64,000 bases of DNA from Saprospiraceae bacterium (GTDB lineage Bacteria > Bacteroidota > Bacteroidia > Chitinophagales > Saprospiraceae). The DNA lies in assembly GCA_043781915.1 (NCBI GenBank), contig JAYWBA010000187.1, positions 931 through 64,930 on the forward strand. The letters run 5' to 3'. The translations under genes were made by a program, and so were the position numbers. Below are positions 1 to 10,420 of this stretch, in pieces (position 1 is the first letter of the stretch; each line of letters starts with the position of its first letter). Under the pieces are notes generated by a model. It was not told the origin of the DNA and ran no database searches. It worked only from the letters and a program-made list of their open reading frames with translations.

Positions 1-250
1 AAATTTGAACATTCGCACTGGCTAAAGAAAAAGCGTTATCGGCTGCTGTAAAGGACGTGTATGACCCTTTGCTGTTTGAACTGGCGCGATAATAAACATC
101 GACATACCCTGCAATTACTAACGGTACATCCTTTTTAGTTGTATCGGCAGCAGGTGCAGCAGCTACTGGAGCAGGCGTTTGTGCTAAAATTGAGGTGTTA
201 AAAAAAGACAGCGTTGTTATAACTGCCAACGATAAGAATACTTGTTTCAT
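1..250 (-). CDS. Outer-membrane beta-barrel/porin-like protein, N-terminal part (continues beyond the window)
   Basis: ATG at 250..248. Translation MKQVFLSLAVITTLSFFNTSILAQ has a signal peptide, followed by GYVDVYYRASSNSKG, typical of porin-like barrels. Confidence 0.45.
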   Translation of the reverse strand, partial: MKQVFLSLAVITTLSFFNTSILAQTPAPVAAAPAADTTKKDVPLVIAGYVDVYYRASSNSKGSYTSFTAADNAFSLASANVQI

Positions 251-475
251 AATTTAATTAATAATTGGTGTTCTAAAAATTTGACACTGCAAAAGTCCGT
301 CGAAATAAAATAGTTTTCAAACCGACTTAGTTTGTTTTCTAAACTCAGAATATAATATTTTGAAATTGTATTAATTTCGTTATAATTATTAAAACAATTA
401 TGTTTTCGAAAAATTAAAAATGCTAATAGCGTGTCGTAATTTTAGGTGTTTTTAAGAAAACAACATACACTTGAT

Positions 476-2524
476 ATGAGAAATTATTTTTTAATGCTTT
501 TGGTTTGGCTCTGTTCAAGCATTTTTGTACTGAAATCGCAAAATGTTTCTTACAGCGGCATAACTGATGGCTTAGAAAATGCGGCTTTCAAACAAGAAGA
601 TTTACTGATTCGCGACGATTTAGACAGCACGCTTGCCAACGCGCAAACCATAAAACTGCTCGATTTAAACATAGCAACGGTAAAGGATTTTGAATCGTTG
701 GGTATCATTTCAAAAACCGATATTTATAAAATAATTACGCACCGCGATAGTTTTGGCAATTTTATTTCTGAATACGAACTCCAAACTGTCTTAGATTTAC
801 CAACCGTTTTACGCCTCGTGCCTTTTGTGACAGTTTTTGTGTCGAGCGAAAAAACGCTATTACCATTTAAAAAATGGTTTACGTCGGGTAATTTTAAATT
901 AATGATGCGCAGTGCCCGCCGTTTAGAACTTGCAAACGGTTACGACACTTCGAAAACTAAAAAAGGTTATCTCGGCGACCCGTTGAACAATTATTTGCGT
1001 CTTAATTACACTTTTAAAGATTTGGTCTCGTATGGCGTTACGCTCAAAAAAGAATCGGGTGAACCGTTTAAAAATGGATTTGATTTTACGAGCGTGCATC
1101 TTCAGTCCCATAATATGTCACCTAAAATTAAATCTATTTGTCTCGGTGATTATGCCGTTTCGTTCGGGCAAGGTTTGGTTTTAAATTCTGGATTTTCTCT
1201 GAGTAAAAGCTCGGCAGTTTTGAGCATCGAAAAAAATAACGCACCCATTCAAGCGTATTCGGGTAGCGACGAAACGCATTTTATGCGCGGTGCTGCGATG
1301 CAATATAGATTGACTAATACTTTGGATTTGACTGTATTTGCTTCTTATCGTTTGCGTGATACAACAGTTTACGATTATACTAAATTTTTTACCCAACCTC
1401 GAAGCCCTATAGTCACAATGATTCGCACCACAGGATTTCATAGAACAGCTACAGAAATTGCGAGCAAAAATAATCTTGGATTAACTTCGATGGGCTTTCA
1501 ACTGAAGAAATCATATTTTTATGGCAGTATCGGATTAAATGTCGTTCGGCAAAATTTTAGCACAAACATAAATCCACCGACAGATGAATCTAACGCTTAC
1601 GATTTTGCAGGAAAATCGCTCGCAAATATTTCTCTAAACTACAACTATACGTATTATAACATGCATTTTTTTGGCGAAACGGCTTTGAGTGCGCCAGGTA
1701 CTTGGGCGACAATTAACGGAATGCTATTGAGTTTAGATAAAAAATTGGGTATTTCTGTTCTTCAGCGGTATTACGATAAAAATTATCAGTCGGAAGGTGC
1801 GCGCGCATTTGCTGAAAATACACGCACGCAAAACGAAAGCGGATTATACGTTGGTGCCGAGTACAGATTCAATCCCAATTTTATTCTTTCTGCTTATGCC
1901 GATATTTGGCAATATGCCGCGCCGAAATTCAATGTCAGCTCTCCATCATCAGGGCATGAATATTTTTTTAAAACCGAGTATAAACGCGATTTTGAAATAT
2001 GGACGTTTCAATTTAGAAACCATTTGAAGCAAGAAAATGCACCTTTGGTTTTGAATGAAAAAGTGCACAACTTGATTGATAAAACGCGCAGTACGTTTTC
2101 TTTTGTTTGGAGTAAAAAACATACCAAACAATTGTCCTTTCAAGAAAGACTCGATTTTTGTACCTATTCTGAACAGAACACAACAAATTTGGGGTTTGCT
2201 TTCAGTTCCGATGTGAACTACAAAGCCAATGAAAATAAATTCATTATCGGCGCACATGCTGCTTATTTCGACACACCCAATTACCAAACTGCTATTTTTG
2301 TCTTCGAAAATAATATTCAAAACGCCACACTCATTGAACCTTACTACTACAATGGTGTACGTTTCGCTTCAACTATACGCTGTAATTTTGTTCGTGGCAG
2401 CTCTTTAGAATTTCGCAGTGCTATTACAGAAGTTTTCAACAAAATTTCACTCGGAACAGGTTTGGAAGCCATTAATGCGAGCCATAAAACGGACATAGCC
2501 ATTCAATGGCAAATGGTTTTTTAG
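476..2524 (+). CDS. Large outer-membrane protein with an N-terminal helix-hairpin-helix (ComEA-like) segment
   Basis: Long ORF. ATG at 476 gives the signal-like start MRNYFLMLLVWLCSSIFVLKSQ. The segment LDLNIATVKDFESLGIISKTDIYKIITHRDSFGNF resembles HhH. The rest is rich in beta-strand Y/F/N/S patterns. Confidence 0.55.
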   Translation: MRNYFLMLLVWLCSSIFVLKSQNVSYSGITDGLENAAFKQEDLLIRDDLDSTLANAQTIKLLDLNIATVKDFESLGIISKTDIYKIITHRDSFGNFISEYELQTVLDLPTVLRLVPFVTVFVSSEKTLLPFKKWFTSGNFKLMMRSARRLELANGYDTSKTKKGYLGDPLNNYLRLNYTFKDLVSYGVTLKKESGEPFKNGFDFTSVHLQSHNMSPKIKSICLGDYAVSFGQGLVLNSGFSLSKSSAVLSIEKNNAPIQAYSGSDETHFMRGAAMQYRLTNTLDLTVFASYRLRDTTVYDYTKFFTQPRSPIVTMIRTTGFHRTATEIASKNNLGLTSMGFQLKKSYFYGSIGLNVVRQNFSTNINPPTDESNAYDFAGKSLANISLNYNYTYYNMHFFGETALSAPGTWATINGMLLSLDKKLGISVLQRYYDKNYQSEGARAFAENTRTQNESGLYVGAEYRFNPNFILSAYADIWQYAAPKFNVSSPSSGHEYFFKTEYKRDFEIWTFQFRNHLKQENAPLVLNEKVHNLIDKTRSTFSFVWSKKHTKQLSFQERLDFCTYSEQNTTNLGFAFSSDVNYKANENKFIIGAHAAYFDTPNYQTAIFVFENNIQNATLIEPYYYNGVRFASTIRCNFVRGSSLEFRSAITEVFNKISLGTGLEAINASHKTDIAIQWQMVF

Positions 2525-2545
2525 TGAAAACAATTGCCCTAACTC

Positions 2546-3997
2546 TTAGCGATTAATTTTATAATAGTAAGTATCTGCAAAATCTTCGTAAATACCTTCA
2601 AAAACAATTTTACTGCTAGCAGTTTGTAGTGCGTGTTGGAGTTCTTCGCTCGAATTAATGGGCGTATTGTTCAAATGGGTAATCACAAAACCGACATCCA
2701 TGTTGGTGCGGCTGACCAAACTACCTTGATCAATGCGAATCACTTTCACACCCGACGTTTTAAGTTTTTGAATTTCGTAGGCATTCAGAGTTCGCGCTTC
2801 GGAAATGCCATAATTTTTTAAAAATGCGTTGCTATTTTTATTTTCTGCGGGTAGAAGTGCTGTTGAGTTATTTTTGTTTTTAAGCACTAAACGTGCTTTA
2901 TCGGTTTTATTGTTTCTAAAAAACTCTACATCAAGGGCGTCACCTGGTTTTTGTTCAGCCACAAATTCCATGAGTTCCGCTTTATTTTTTATCTTTCTAC
3001 CCTGAATGGAGGTTATTATATCGTTGCGACGCAAGCCTACTTCTTCTGCCGATGAGCGCGGACTCACAAAAGTGATTTGAACGCCATTCATAGACGAAAA
3101 ATTGACCCGCTTCGCATTAACTGTTGTTAAATCAATGACTTCAACACCTAAAAATCCACGTTGAACAACACCAAAATGGATAATATCGCGTACAATTTTC
3201 ATCGCTAAATTGACAGGAATGGCAAAAGAATATCCTTCGTATTTGCCCGATTTTGTCATTATAGCTGTGTTAATGCCTACCAATTCACCATTTGTGTTCA
3301 CTAAGGCACCACCACTATTACCTGGATTGACAACCGCATCCGATTGTATGAATGCTTCAATGGCATATCTATCGTCTTCTAAAATATTAATACTCCGCGC
3401 TTTTGCCGATACAATACCTGCCGTAACTGTCGATTGTAAATTAAACGGATTACCGACGGCTAAAACCCATTCGCCAATATGCAAACTATCAGAATTTCCA
3501 AAACGTATAGCGGTTAAATCAGTTAATGGTATTTTCAAAACAGCGACATCAGTGTAAATATCTTTTCCAACAAGCGAAGCTTGAACCTCCCGTTTATCAT
3601 TTAGTGTTACATAAATCTCCGACGCATCCTGAATTACGTGGTTGTTCGTAATAATATAACCATCCGAAGAAATTATTACGCCTGAACCGTTTGAGGATGT
3701 GAGTGACACTTGGTCGCCAAAAATATCTGCTGCTTCGCGTTTATTGATAGCTTTAACATTTACAACGGCAGGTGTAGCTGCTGCTGCTGCTGCTGAAAAA
3801 TTTGTGGGAGCTGACGAAATAAATTCGCGCTGCAATTTTCCGCTGAGCATTAAATCGTTGTAAGCTGCTAAATGGGCATTATTTGATTCTCGAAAACCTG
3901 CATCAGTAGAGGTGTAAATCATCCGCATGACAAAAACAGTAATCACCGAACTACAAATTGAAATTAATGCCGTGTATATTATACTTTTGTGTGACAT
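2546..3997 (-). CDS. htrA: HtrA/DegP/DegQ family periplasmic serine protease (S1C) with C-terminal PDZ region
   Basis: TNNHV (His), DVAVLK (Asp) and GNSGGALVN (Ser) catalytic motifs. N-terminal TM/signal. PDZ-like GLRRNDIITSIQGRKI. Confidence 0.85.
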   Translation of the reverse strand: MSHKSIIYTALISICSSVITVFVMRMIYTSTDAGFRESNNAHLAAYNDLMLSGKLQREFISSAPTNFSAAAAAATPAVVNVKAINKREAADIFGDQVSLTSSNGSGVIISSDGYIITNNHVIQDASEIYVTLNDKREVQASLVGKDIYTDVAVLKIPLTDLTAIRFGNSDSLHIGEWVLAVGNPFNLQSTVTAGIVSAKARSINILEDDRYAIEAFIQSDAVVNPGNSGGALVNTNGELVGINTAIMTKSGKYEGYSFAIPVNLAMKIVRDIIHFGVVQRGFLGVEVIDLTTVNAKRVNFSSMNGVQITFVSPRSSAEEVGLRRNDIITSIQGRKIKNKAELMEFVAEQKPGDALDVEFFRNNKTDKARLVLKNKNNSTALLPAENKNSNAFLKNYGISEARTLNAYEIQKLKTSGVKVIRIDQGSLVSRTNMDVGFVITHLNNTPINSSEELQHALQTASSKIVFEGIYEDFADTYYYKINR

Positions 3998-4189
3998 AGT
4001 TTTAACGATGTACTTTAAATTTGCACAGGTTTTGATAAAAAAAATTAAAAGACTGCAATTTACTGATTTTTCGCGGATTGCTGTTAGCTTTATCCTGAAA
4101 ATCTGTTAATCTGATTTATCTTGGTCAAATTTAATACGCATTTACAAACGTATTGTTCAATATTTAATTATTTCAAATCAATAAATTTT

Positions 4190-4447
4190 ATGTGGGAAGA
4201 AACATCGGAAGCTTTAAAGCGTGAATTTATTTTTAAAAATTTTGTACAGGCTTTTTCATTCATGACCGAAGTAGCATTTTATGCCGAAAAACAAAATCAC
4301 CACCCCAATTGGTCGAACGTGTATAATAAAGTTAATATTCTGCTCACTTCACACGATGCGGGAAACACTGTTACTGAGAGAGATTTCAAATTAGCCCGCA
4401 AAATTGATGAAGTTTACGCTAAATATGACTCGAATTCAAAGAATTGA
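4190..4447 (+). CDS. phhB: Pterin-4-alpha-carbinolamine dehydratase
   Basis: [48 protein letters not shown], including the HHP motif of the PCD/DCoH family. ATG at 4190 preferred over the upstream alternative start at 4121. Confidence 0.8.
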   Translation: MWEETSEALKREFIFKNFVQAFSFMTEVAFYAEKQNHHPNWSNVYNKVNILLTSHDAGNTVTERDFKLARKIDEVYAKYDSNSKN

Positions 4448-4512
4448 AAGAATTTATGGAATTTTAAGTTTAAATTCGTCCATTCATTCAAATCACTAAT
4501 TTCGAGTCAATA

Positions 4513-4932
4513 ATGCATATTTTTTTACAACTTTTAAGCACGCCAGAAAGTGCCCGTTTTTTAATTAGAATGCTGATCCCAGCTTTTATGGCAATTCTGT
4601 TCATACAATCGGGACTCGATAAGGTTTTCGACTTTAAAGGAAATCTCGATTATTATAAATCGCATTTTAAAAACACATTTTTAGCATCGACAGTGACGCT
4701 TTTAACTTGTGTACTCACTTTTTTAGAGGTAGTTGCGGGGTTTTTGTGTGCTATAGGTACTGTAGTATTATATTTTGGAAACCCGACTTGGGCATTTTAT
4801 GGTCTCGTTGTTTGCGCCATAGATTTCTTGAGCTTGTTTTTTGGTCAGCGCGTTGCAAAAGATTATGGCGGTGCTGTCACTATTGCAACCTATTTTATTT
4901 TAAACATTACAGGATTGTTACTCCTCATCTAA
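4513..4932 (+). CDS. DoxX-family small membrane protein
   Basis: Four predicted TM helices, about 139 aa, FIQSGLDKVFDF motif typical of DoxX. Confidence 0.55.
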   Translation: MHIFLQLLSTPESARFLIRMLIPAFMAILFIQSGLDKVFDFKGNLDYYKSHFKNTFLASTVTLLTCVLTFLEVVAGFLCAIGTVVLYFGNPTWAFYGLVVCAIDFLSLFFGQRVAKDYGGAVTIATYFILNITGLLLLI

Positions 4933-5216
4933 TGAACATCTTCGTATGTTTTGCGCCAAACTTTAAAAACTCTACTGATAGCAGCAAATAATTTTTATTG
5001 TTATAGTATAATAATCAATGATTTACAGAAACTGTTATGGTACTGTTAAATTTATTATCTAAAAAAATGTTTCTTTTGAATTTTTCCTCGTCAATAGGTA
5101 TGTGAGTTGTAAAAACCAAAACTATGTTAATTAAACGCAAATTTATAGAATCAATACTTTATATTTGCGGCTTAAAGATTACACAAAAATTCTTTTAGCA
5201 CATTTAAGTATAGTTT

Positions 5217-5813
5217 TTGTCATCCACATCACAACATAAAGAGTTAACTGATGTAGAACTAATGCACTTGTATTTAGAAACGCAGAATAGTTCCTACTTC
5301 ACACAATTATACCGTCGGTATGCACCGAAGGTGTATGGTAAATGTATATCCATTTTAAAAGACCAAACTGAAGCACAAGACGCTGTACAAGATATTTTTG
5401 TTAAAGTCATGGTGAATCTTTCAGGCTTTAATGAAAAATCTCAGTTTTCGACTTGGGTTTATTCAATTACATTCAACTATTGTATGGATGTTGTTCGTAA
5501 AAGAAAGAAAAATAAACTCTTGTTTAGCGATGATATAGAACGTGCGCCCGATGTGGCAGAAGAAGAAATACCAGATTCATATTTTTTAGATTTATCCCTT
5601 CCCCAATTAAAAGGAATACTTGATGAATTACCGGAGGGTGATAGAATGGTTATTTTATACAAATATCAAGACGAGATGAGCATAAAAGAAATCGCTGAAA
5701 TTATAGACAAAACAGAAAGCGCGACTAAAATGAAAATTAAACGCGCGAAAATGAAAGCCGCTGAAATTTTTCAACGTAAATTCGGCACAGGCGAGGTGAT
5801 AAGAGGTAAGTGA
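5217..5813 (+). CDS. ECF-type RNA polymerase sigma-70 family factor (1 of 3 in the window)
   Basis: Region 2 (DAVQDIFVKV, FSTWVYSITFNYCMD) and region 4 (LPEGDRMVILYKYQDEMSIKEIAEIIDKTESATKMKIKRAKMK). Start uncertain: TTG at 5217 or ATG at 5262. Confidence 0.8.
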   Translation: MSSTSQHKELTDVELMHLYLETQNSSYFTQLYRRYAPKVYGKCISILKDQTEAQDAVQDIFVKVMVNLSGFNEKSQFSTWVYSITFNYCMDVVRKRKKNKLLFSDDIERAPDVAEEEIPDSYFLDLSLPQLKGILDELPEGDRMVILYKYQDEMSIKEIAEIIDKTESATKMKIKRAKMKAAEIFQRKFGTGEVIRGK

Positions 5814-5899
5814 GAAAGTTAGAAGGATTTAGGATTTTGTAGCCACAGGTTTTAATCTGTGGAAAAGTGATTATTTTTTACCGATTAATTTTAATTATT

Positions 5900-6154
5900 A
5901 TGGAAAATAAAAACAATGGTAGAGACCCGTTCAAATCTTTAGAAGATGAACACTCCAAAATGTTTGAGGAAGATGGCTTAGAGCGCGTTGCTCAAAATAT
6001 TGTAGATAGACATAATTCTGCGCGTTTTAGGGGCGATGTGACAGAACACTTCGTTTCGCGTGCATTTAAAACTTTAGTTGATTTTGTTGGGGGCGGAAAC
6101 GCTTCGGATACTACTAAAGACGACGATAGACCTAAAGCACCTACGGAGCGCTAA
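5900..6154 (+). CDS. Hypothetical small soluble protein downstream of the ECF sigma factor
   Basis: ORF with ATG at 5900 and no TM helix. Position suggests co-transcription with the sigma factor. No family recognised. Confidence 0.35.
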   Translation: MENKNNGRDPFKSLEDEHSKMFEEDGLERVAQNIVDRHNSARFRGDVTEHFVSRAFKTLVDFVGGGNASDTTKDDDRPKAPTER

Positions 6155-6195
6155 AATAATTTTCTCAGTTAGTTAAATGAAGAATCTAAAACGAT

Positions 6196-7020
6196 ATGGG
6201 ATTTGAAATACTTAGAAGTTTACTCTTCCAACTCACAAGCACCCTACCCAATGTTTTGGTGTCGTTGGTATTTATCATAGCAGGGTATTATATTGCAAAG
6301 TTAACCGCACGTTTTTTACAGGCTTTACTGAGTAAATTGGGTTTGGATTCTATAACTGAAAAAATAAACGATATAGACATAGTTCATAAAAGCAATTTAA
6401 AAATTCAGTTGAGTTCGATTATTGCCAATACTGTGTATTACTTAATTTTTTTGGTGTTTATAATTGCTGCCACCGATTCGTTGCGGATGCCCGCTATTTC
6501 TGACTTAGTGATGCGCGTTGTAAACTTTATTCCTAATGCGCTTGTAGCATTAATAGTATTGTTAGTTGGGCTATTAGCCGCAAATGGTTTAAAAAATATC
6601 ATTTACAGAACTTGTCGTTCGCTCAATATTGCGAGCGCAACCATCATATCGAATGCAGTTTTTTATTTTATATTTATATCAGTTGGTATCAGTGCGCTCA
6701 ATCAAGCTCAAATCGATACAACCTTTTTGAGAAATAACTTAACTGTTATTCTCGGCGGTGTAGTAGCAGCTTTTGCATTAGGTTATGGCTTAGCTTCGAA
6801 GGAAGTAATGCTTAATTTAATGGCATCATATTATTCGAAAGGCAACATAAATGTGGGTGACATAATACAAATTGGTAACCTTAAAGGCACAGTTATTTAT
6901 ATCGATAATTCATCCGTAAAACTCCAATCAGGCGAGCAACTTATTATTTTCCCTTTACATAAGTTGCTTTCAGAAGCTATAATTGTTAATCCAGGCGATA
7001 ATTTAAAAATTGATGCGTAA
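6196..7020 (+). CDS. Mechanosensitive-channel-like membrane protein (conserved TM-helix repeat, MscS-like beta domain)
   Basis: Repeated TM helices. C-terminal GDIIQIGNLKGTVIYIDNSSVKLQSGEQLIIFP resembles the MscS beta domain. Confidence 0.5.
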   Translation: MGFEILRSLLFQLTSTLPNVLVSLVFIIAGYYIAKLTARFLQALLSKLGLDSITEKINDIDIVHKSNLKIQLSSIIANTVYYLIFLVFIIAATDSLRMPAISDLVMRVVNFIPNALVALIVLLVGLLAANGLKNIIYRTCRSLNIASATIISNAVFYFIFISVGISALNQAQIDTTFLRNNLTVILGGVVAAFALGYGLASKEVMLNLMASYYSKGNINVGDIIQIGNLKGTVIYIDNSSVKLQSGEQLIIFPLHKLLSEAIIVNPGDNLKIDA

Positions 7021-7084
7021 CTTTTTTGTTGCCTGAGTGTATTTACATCGTCAGAAACAAAATTTTTTTTAAAAGTTTTCTATT

Positions 7085-8053
7085 ATGAAAATTAAAATAC
7101 TCCTCACAAGCATTTTATGCTCTCTGTTTTTATTTGCAAATGCCCAAAAAGTAGGTGATGCTAAAGATGATGTCAAAGTTCTTGAATCAAAAGATCCGAA
7201 CGGATGGAATAAAGTTGGCAGCATAGGTCTTGACTTAGCTCAACTATGGCTAATTAACCCAAGAGCTGGAGCTGGCGATAACCGTTTTGGATTTGGCGGC
7301 GGAATAACTTATTTAGCCAGCTATAAAGATACAAATGCTATCTGGACAAATCAATTCGGCGCTCAATTAGCAGTAGTGAGTGTTGCTGGAGGTCCGTTCA
7401 CAAAAGCAACAGATGCCATTCAGTTTACATCTAAAGCAGGTCGAAAAATTTCTTCTAAATGGTATTTTGGCGGTTTATTCGATTTCCAAACCCAATTGCT
7501 CAATACTTATGGTTCGAATTATTTGAGTAAAACCCCCGAAGGTGTTGATCCAACTATTGTTAAAGGACTATCTTTAACAAGCGCATTCTTTTCTCCTGCA
7601 AATATTAAATTTGCGCCTGGTTTTATTTATAAACACGACGCACATTTATCTGTATTTTTATCGCCTTTGGCTTTAAAAGCTATCATTGTTGCTGATCAAA
7701 ATTTGGCTAATTCTGGCACTTTTTTCCCAAATCCTAATAAGGATAAATCAATTGATTTCCAGTTGGGTTTTGATATACGTTTTGATTACAATAATAAATT
7801 TGCCAACGATAAAATCACTTATGTTGGTGCATTCGACTTATATTCAAACTATCTGCGTGAGCCACAAAATATGGCTGTCGAATTTTACCATACTTTGGAC
7901 TTTAACATTATTAAAAATCTTTCCATCGTTTTGAAAAGCGATTGGTTCTACGACCATAACCAATTGGTATTTATTGATGGAAATCCAAACACACCTGGCA
8001 GAAGAATGTTCTTCCGTAACGCTTTGAATTTGGCTTACAAGTATTCTTTTTAA
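7085..8053 (+). CDS. Outer-membrane beta-barrel protein (DUF3078-like)
   Basis: Signal peptide MKIKILLTSILCSLFLFANAQ, alternating beta-strand pattern, terminal aromatic YKYSF. Confidence 0.55.
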   Translation: MKIKILLTSILCSLFLFANAQKVGDAKDDVKVLESKDPNGWNKVGSIGLDLAQLWLINPRAGAGDNRFGFGGGITYLASYKDTNAIWTNQFGAQLAVVSVAGGPFTKATDAIQFTSKAGRKISSKWYFGGLFDFQTQLLNTYGSNYLSKTPEGVDPTIVKGLSLTSAFFSPANIKFAPGFIYKHDAHLSVFLSPLALKAIIVADQNLANSGTFFPNPNKDKSIDFQLGFDIRFDYNNKFANDKITYVGAFDLYSNYLREPQNMAVEFYHTLDFNIIKNLSIVLKSDWFYDHNQLVFIDGNPNTPGRRMFFRNALNLAYKYSF

Positions 8054-8074
8054 ACAAGTCTTAGATCGTTCAAT

Positions 8075-8112
8075 AAAAAAAACTGCTCCATTTTGAGCAG
8101 TTTTTTATTTAT
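8075..8112 (+). terminator. Rho-independent terminator
   Basis: AAAAAACTGCTC-loop-GAGCAGTTTTTT followed by a T-rich tract, directly after the stop at 8053. Confidence 0.7.
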
Positions 8113-8281
8113 TTTTTCGAAAGCAGCGAAACTTAAAAATTAGGCATCTAAATTGATAATTATTACATGTTACATAGTGCCTCATATTTTCTGTTAAAAA
8201 AAATATAATTTTTTAGAATTATTTGGTTTTTATGTAAACGCAAACTACTTTTATATACTTAATGATTAAACCGATACGATT

Positions 8282-8605
8282 TTGAAAAAAAACTTACTTT
8301 TACTTTCTTTTTTGTTGGTATTTTTTAGTTTTGTAGGGGCACAAAACACAACTGAACGCAAAGGCGGAACAGAACAAATCAGTATTTACCCCAATCCTGC
8401 TTCCGATTTTATTTCGGTAAGTAACGATGATAATCTGCGCGCTATTATTCTATACAATATTGTCGGAAGAAAAATCAGGCAATTCGATATTGAACACAGT
8501 GGCGCACAATACGATATTAGAGACCTGCCTGATGGCCTATATTCTGTGCATTTAATTGGTAAGAACAACAAAGTGATTAGTACACAACGTCTGACAGTTA
8601 GATAG
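8282..8605 (+). CDS. Mini T9SS substrate: signal peptide plus Por/T9SS C-terminal sorting domain only
   Basis: Signal peptide MKKNLLLLSFLLVFFSFVGAQ, then ISIYPNPASDFISVS...LPDGLYSVHLIGKNNKVISTQRLTV, typical of the T9SS CTD. TTG start. Confidence 0.6.
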   Translation: MKKNLLLLSFLLVFFSFVGAQNTTERKGGTEQISIYPNPASDFISVSNDDNLRAIILYNIVGRKIRQFDIEHSGAQYDIRDLPDGLYSVHLIGKNNKVISTQRLTVR

Positions 8606-8644
8606 TACTTGTTTTTTGTATCATTTAACCTCTGAAGGGAAATT

Positions 8645-8676
8645 AAAAAAGCACAAAGTTTACTTTGTGCTTTTTT
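8645..8676. terminator. Bidirectional terminator between convergent genes
   Basis: AAAAAAGCACAAAG-loop-CTTTGTGCTTTTTT: a symmetric A-run/T-run hairpin. Confidence 0.7.
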
Positions 8677-8725
8677 AATTTGTGGGCTTGTTTTTCTAAC
8701 TTTAACTTTTACAAAAAGGCTATGC

Positions 8726-9880
8726 TCACTTAAGTTGTAATCCACCATAATTTAGTTTCGCTTTAATCATGGCTTTCCCTTTTTCAGAAACATTGTAACC
8801 TGCAATAGTTTCGTGTGATCCATGAACATCATGTAATTTTTTAACAAAAGCCTTTGGCAAATTTACATCAGAATAATTGCCCGATATTTCGCCCTGGAAG
8901 TTTGAATTTTGTGCTATATCAATCACATAGCCCGTGTAATTGGCTATGATATCAATCATATTGAATTCTGATTCTACATTCGAAATATGCACATCGCCAT
9001 AATTTGTTGAGAAATTGCCATCTTTTACAAGACTTTTAATTTTAAAATCGGTATAACTCGAATTCACGCGAATATCGCTCACTTCACTAATTTCAAAATC
9101 GCCATACCGACTATTAATGGTAATGTTTTTTGTATCGTCTAAAAAATATTGGTCATAGGCGGATTCAATCATGACATTTTTTGATTTACTGATATGGAAT
9201 TCCGAATACTTCGATTTAAGTTGAATATCTTTCATGAAGTTTGGAATATTTAAATGTGAATAGGATATATTTCCTGTCATTCCTCCTACATCATTGAGCG
9301 TTCCTTCACCATAACCTAAAGAAACATTGGCGTATTTAGCAGTCTCTAATTTAAAATTGCCGTAGTGTTGCTCAATTTTTACATAATTGTTTAACGCACC
9401 AATATTCGTGTCGCCATATTTGTTTGTTATATCTGCGTTACAATTTTTGGGCATCGATACATCGTAATCAATGGTAAAATCCTGATTATTATCTGAACCG
9501 AAAAACCAACCGCCTTTTAATTCACTAATAACCGTTTCTGCTTTTACATACGTATCGCTGTTGCTGAATTGAATATTAATTCTACTAAAAATTTTATCGG
9601 CATTAGCTTGTGAATTTGTATTTGCTGTTACGCGAACTTTAATGACTACTTTATTTTCATTGCTTGGCATAACTTTAATTTTGCCGTGCTTATTTATTAA
9701 GAATACGGCTCCATTATCATTAAGCGTATAAGTAGCGTCGAAATTTTTTACGAACTCGCCACATAAAGTTGAATCGCAAGGCGTATTATTAGCATGAATT
9801 TCGGAGCTTACGGCTATTATCCCGAACACTGTGATAAGCGTTAAAATGCTATTCTTGATTTTTTTATTAAATACCTTCAT
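8726..9880 (-). CDS. DUF4097-like putative adhesin / beta-helical protein, last gene of an ECF sigma operon
   Basis: TM/signal at the N-terminus. Repetitive beta-strand units (NISYSHLNIP, SRYGDFEISEV, TNYGDVHISNV). Overlaps the upstream anti-sigma-like gene. ATG at 9880 preferred. Confidence 0.55.
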   Translation of the reverse strand: MKVFNKKIKNSILTLITVFGIIAVSSEIHANNTPCDSTLCGEFVKNFDATYTLNDNGAVFLINKHGKIKVMPSNENKVVIKVRVTANTNSQANADKIFSRINIQFSNSDTYVKAETVISELKGGWFFGSDNNQDFTIDYDVSMPKNCNADITNKYGDTNIGALNNYVKIEQHYGNFKLETAKYANVSLGYGEGTLNDVGGMTGNISYSHLNIPNFMKDIQLKSKYSEFHISKSKNVMIESAYDQYFLDDTKNITINSRYGDFEISEVSDIRVNSSYTDFKIKSLVKDGNFSTNYGDVHISNVESEFNMIDIIANYTGYVIDIAQNSNFQGEISGNYSDVNLPKAFVKKLHDVHGSHETIAGYNVSEKGKAMIKAKLNYGGLQLK

Positions 9881-10415
9881 GATTATTAATTTTTTTTGCT
9901 TCAGTAGCGCGTGTTGCATTGTTTTGTACGCGCTCTAAAACGTGATCTAAAATACCGAGTTTAATTTGATATGAGTGTATAATGCGTTTAATAATTTCTT
10001 CTCGCGACGATTCGGGTGCATTGCGTAACTCCTCAAATAACTCGCGTTGGAAACTATCAACTTCTTGCACATCGTTTAATACCGTTGAATCACCATTATA
10101 TGACACAAGTTGCGTCATTGATTGGTTAATTTTATTGATATAGAATGTCTTTGCTTCTTCAAAATCAGGAGAAACAGCATCGGCGGCTACATCAACTTTT
10201 TTAGAGGACATCCAATTATTCACAAAAATACCTAAACCTGCACCAATAACTAATAAAGCTACGGCCGCAGCAAAGCGTAAAAGATTAAATGCAGGTTTAA
10301 TCTTTTTTTGCGGTGAAGGCAATTGTCGCTCGATGTTTTTCCAAACCGATAACGGTGGCATTTCGGCATCGAATGCTTCTCTGTTTGTTTCGACAAATTT
10401 TCTAAAATTATCCAT
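9867..10415 (-). CDS. Anti-sigma-factor-like single-pass membrane protein
   Basis: Located between the ECF sigma and DUF4097 genes. Short cytoplasmic N-terminus, TM helix FAAAVALLVIGAGLGIFV, periplasmic helical tail. Confidence 0.5.
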   Translation of the reverse strand: MDNFRKFVETNREAFDAEMPPLSVWKNIERQLPSPQKKIKPAFNLLRFAAAVALLVIGAGLGIFVNNWMSSKKVDVAADAVSPDFEEAKTFYINKINQSMTQLVSYNGDSTVLNDVQEVDSFQRELFEELRNAPESSREEIIKRIIHSYQIKLGILDHVLERVQNNATRATEAKKINNHEGI

Positions 10416-10420
10416 ATTTT

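Noticed and set aside
4707-4991. 94-aa ORF overlapping the DoxX gene in another frame, and the N-terminal extensions of many tracked ORFs (for example 446, 4121, 12975, 17401, 19270, 23652, 25279, 47828, 48743, 53296, 56497).
   Set aside because: - Internal ATG starts give proper signal peptides, conserved N-termini or start/stop coupling with the upstream gene.
- The extensions often run through repeat hairpins or use TTG/GTG starts.
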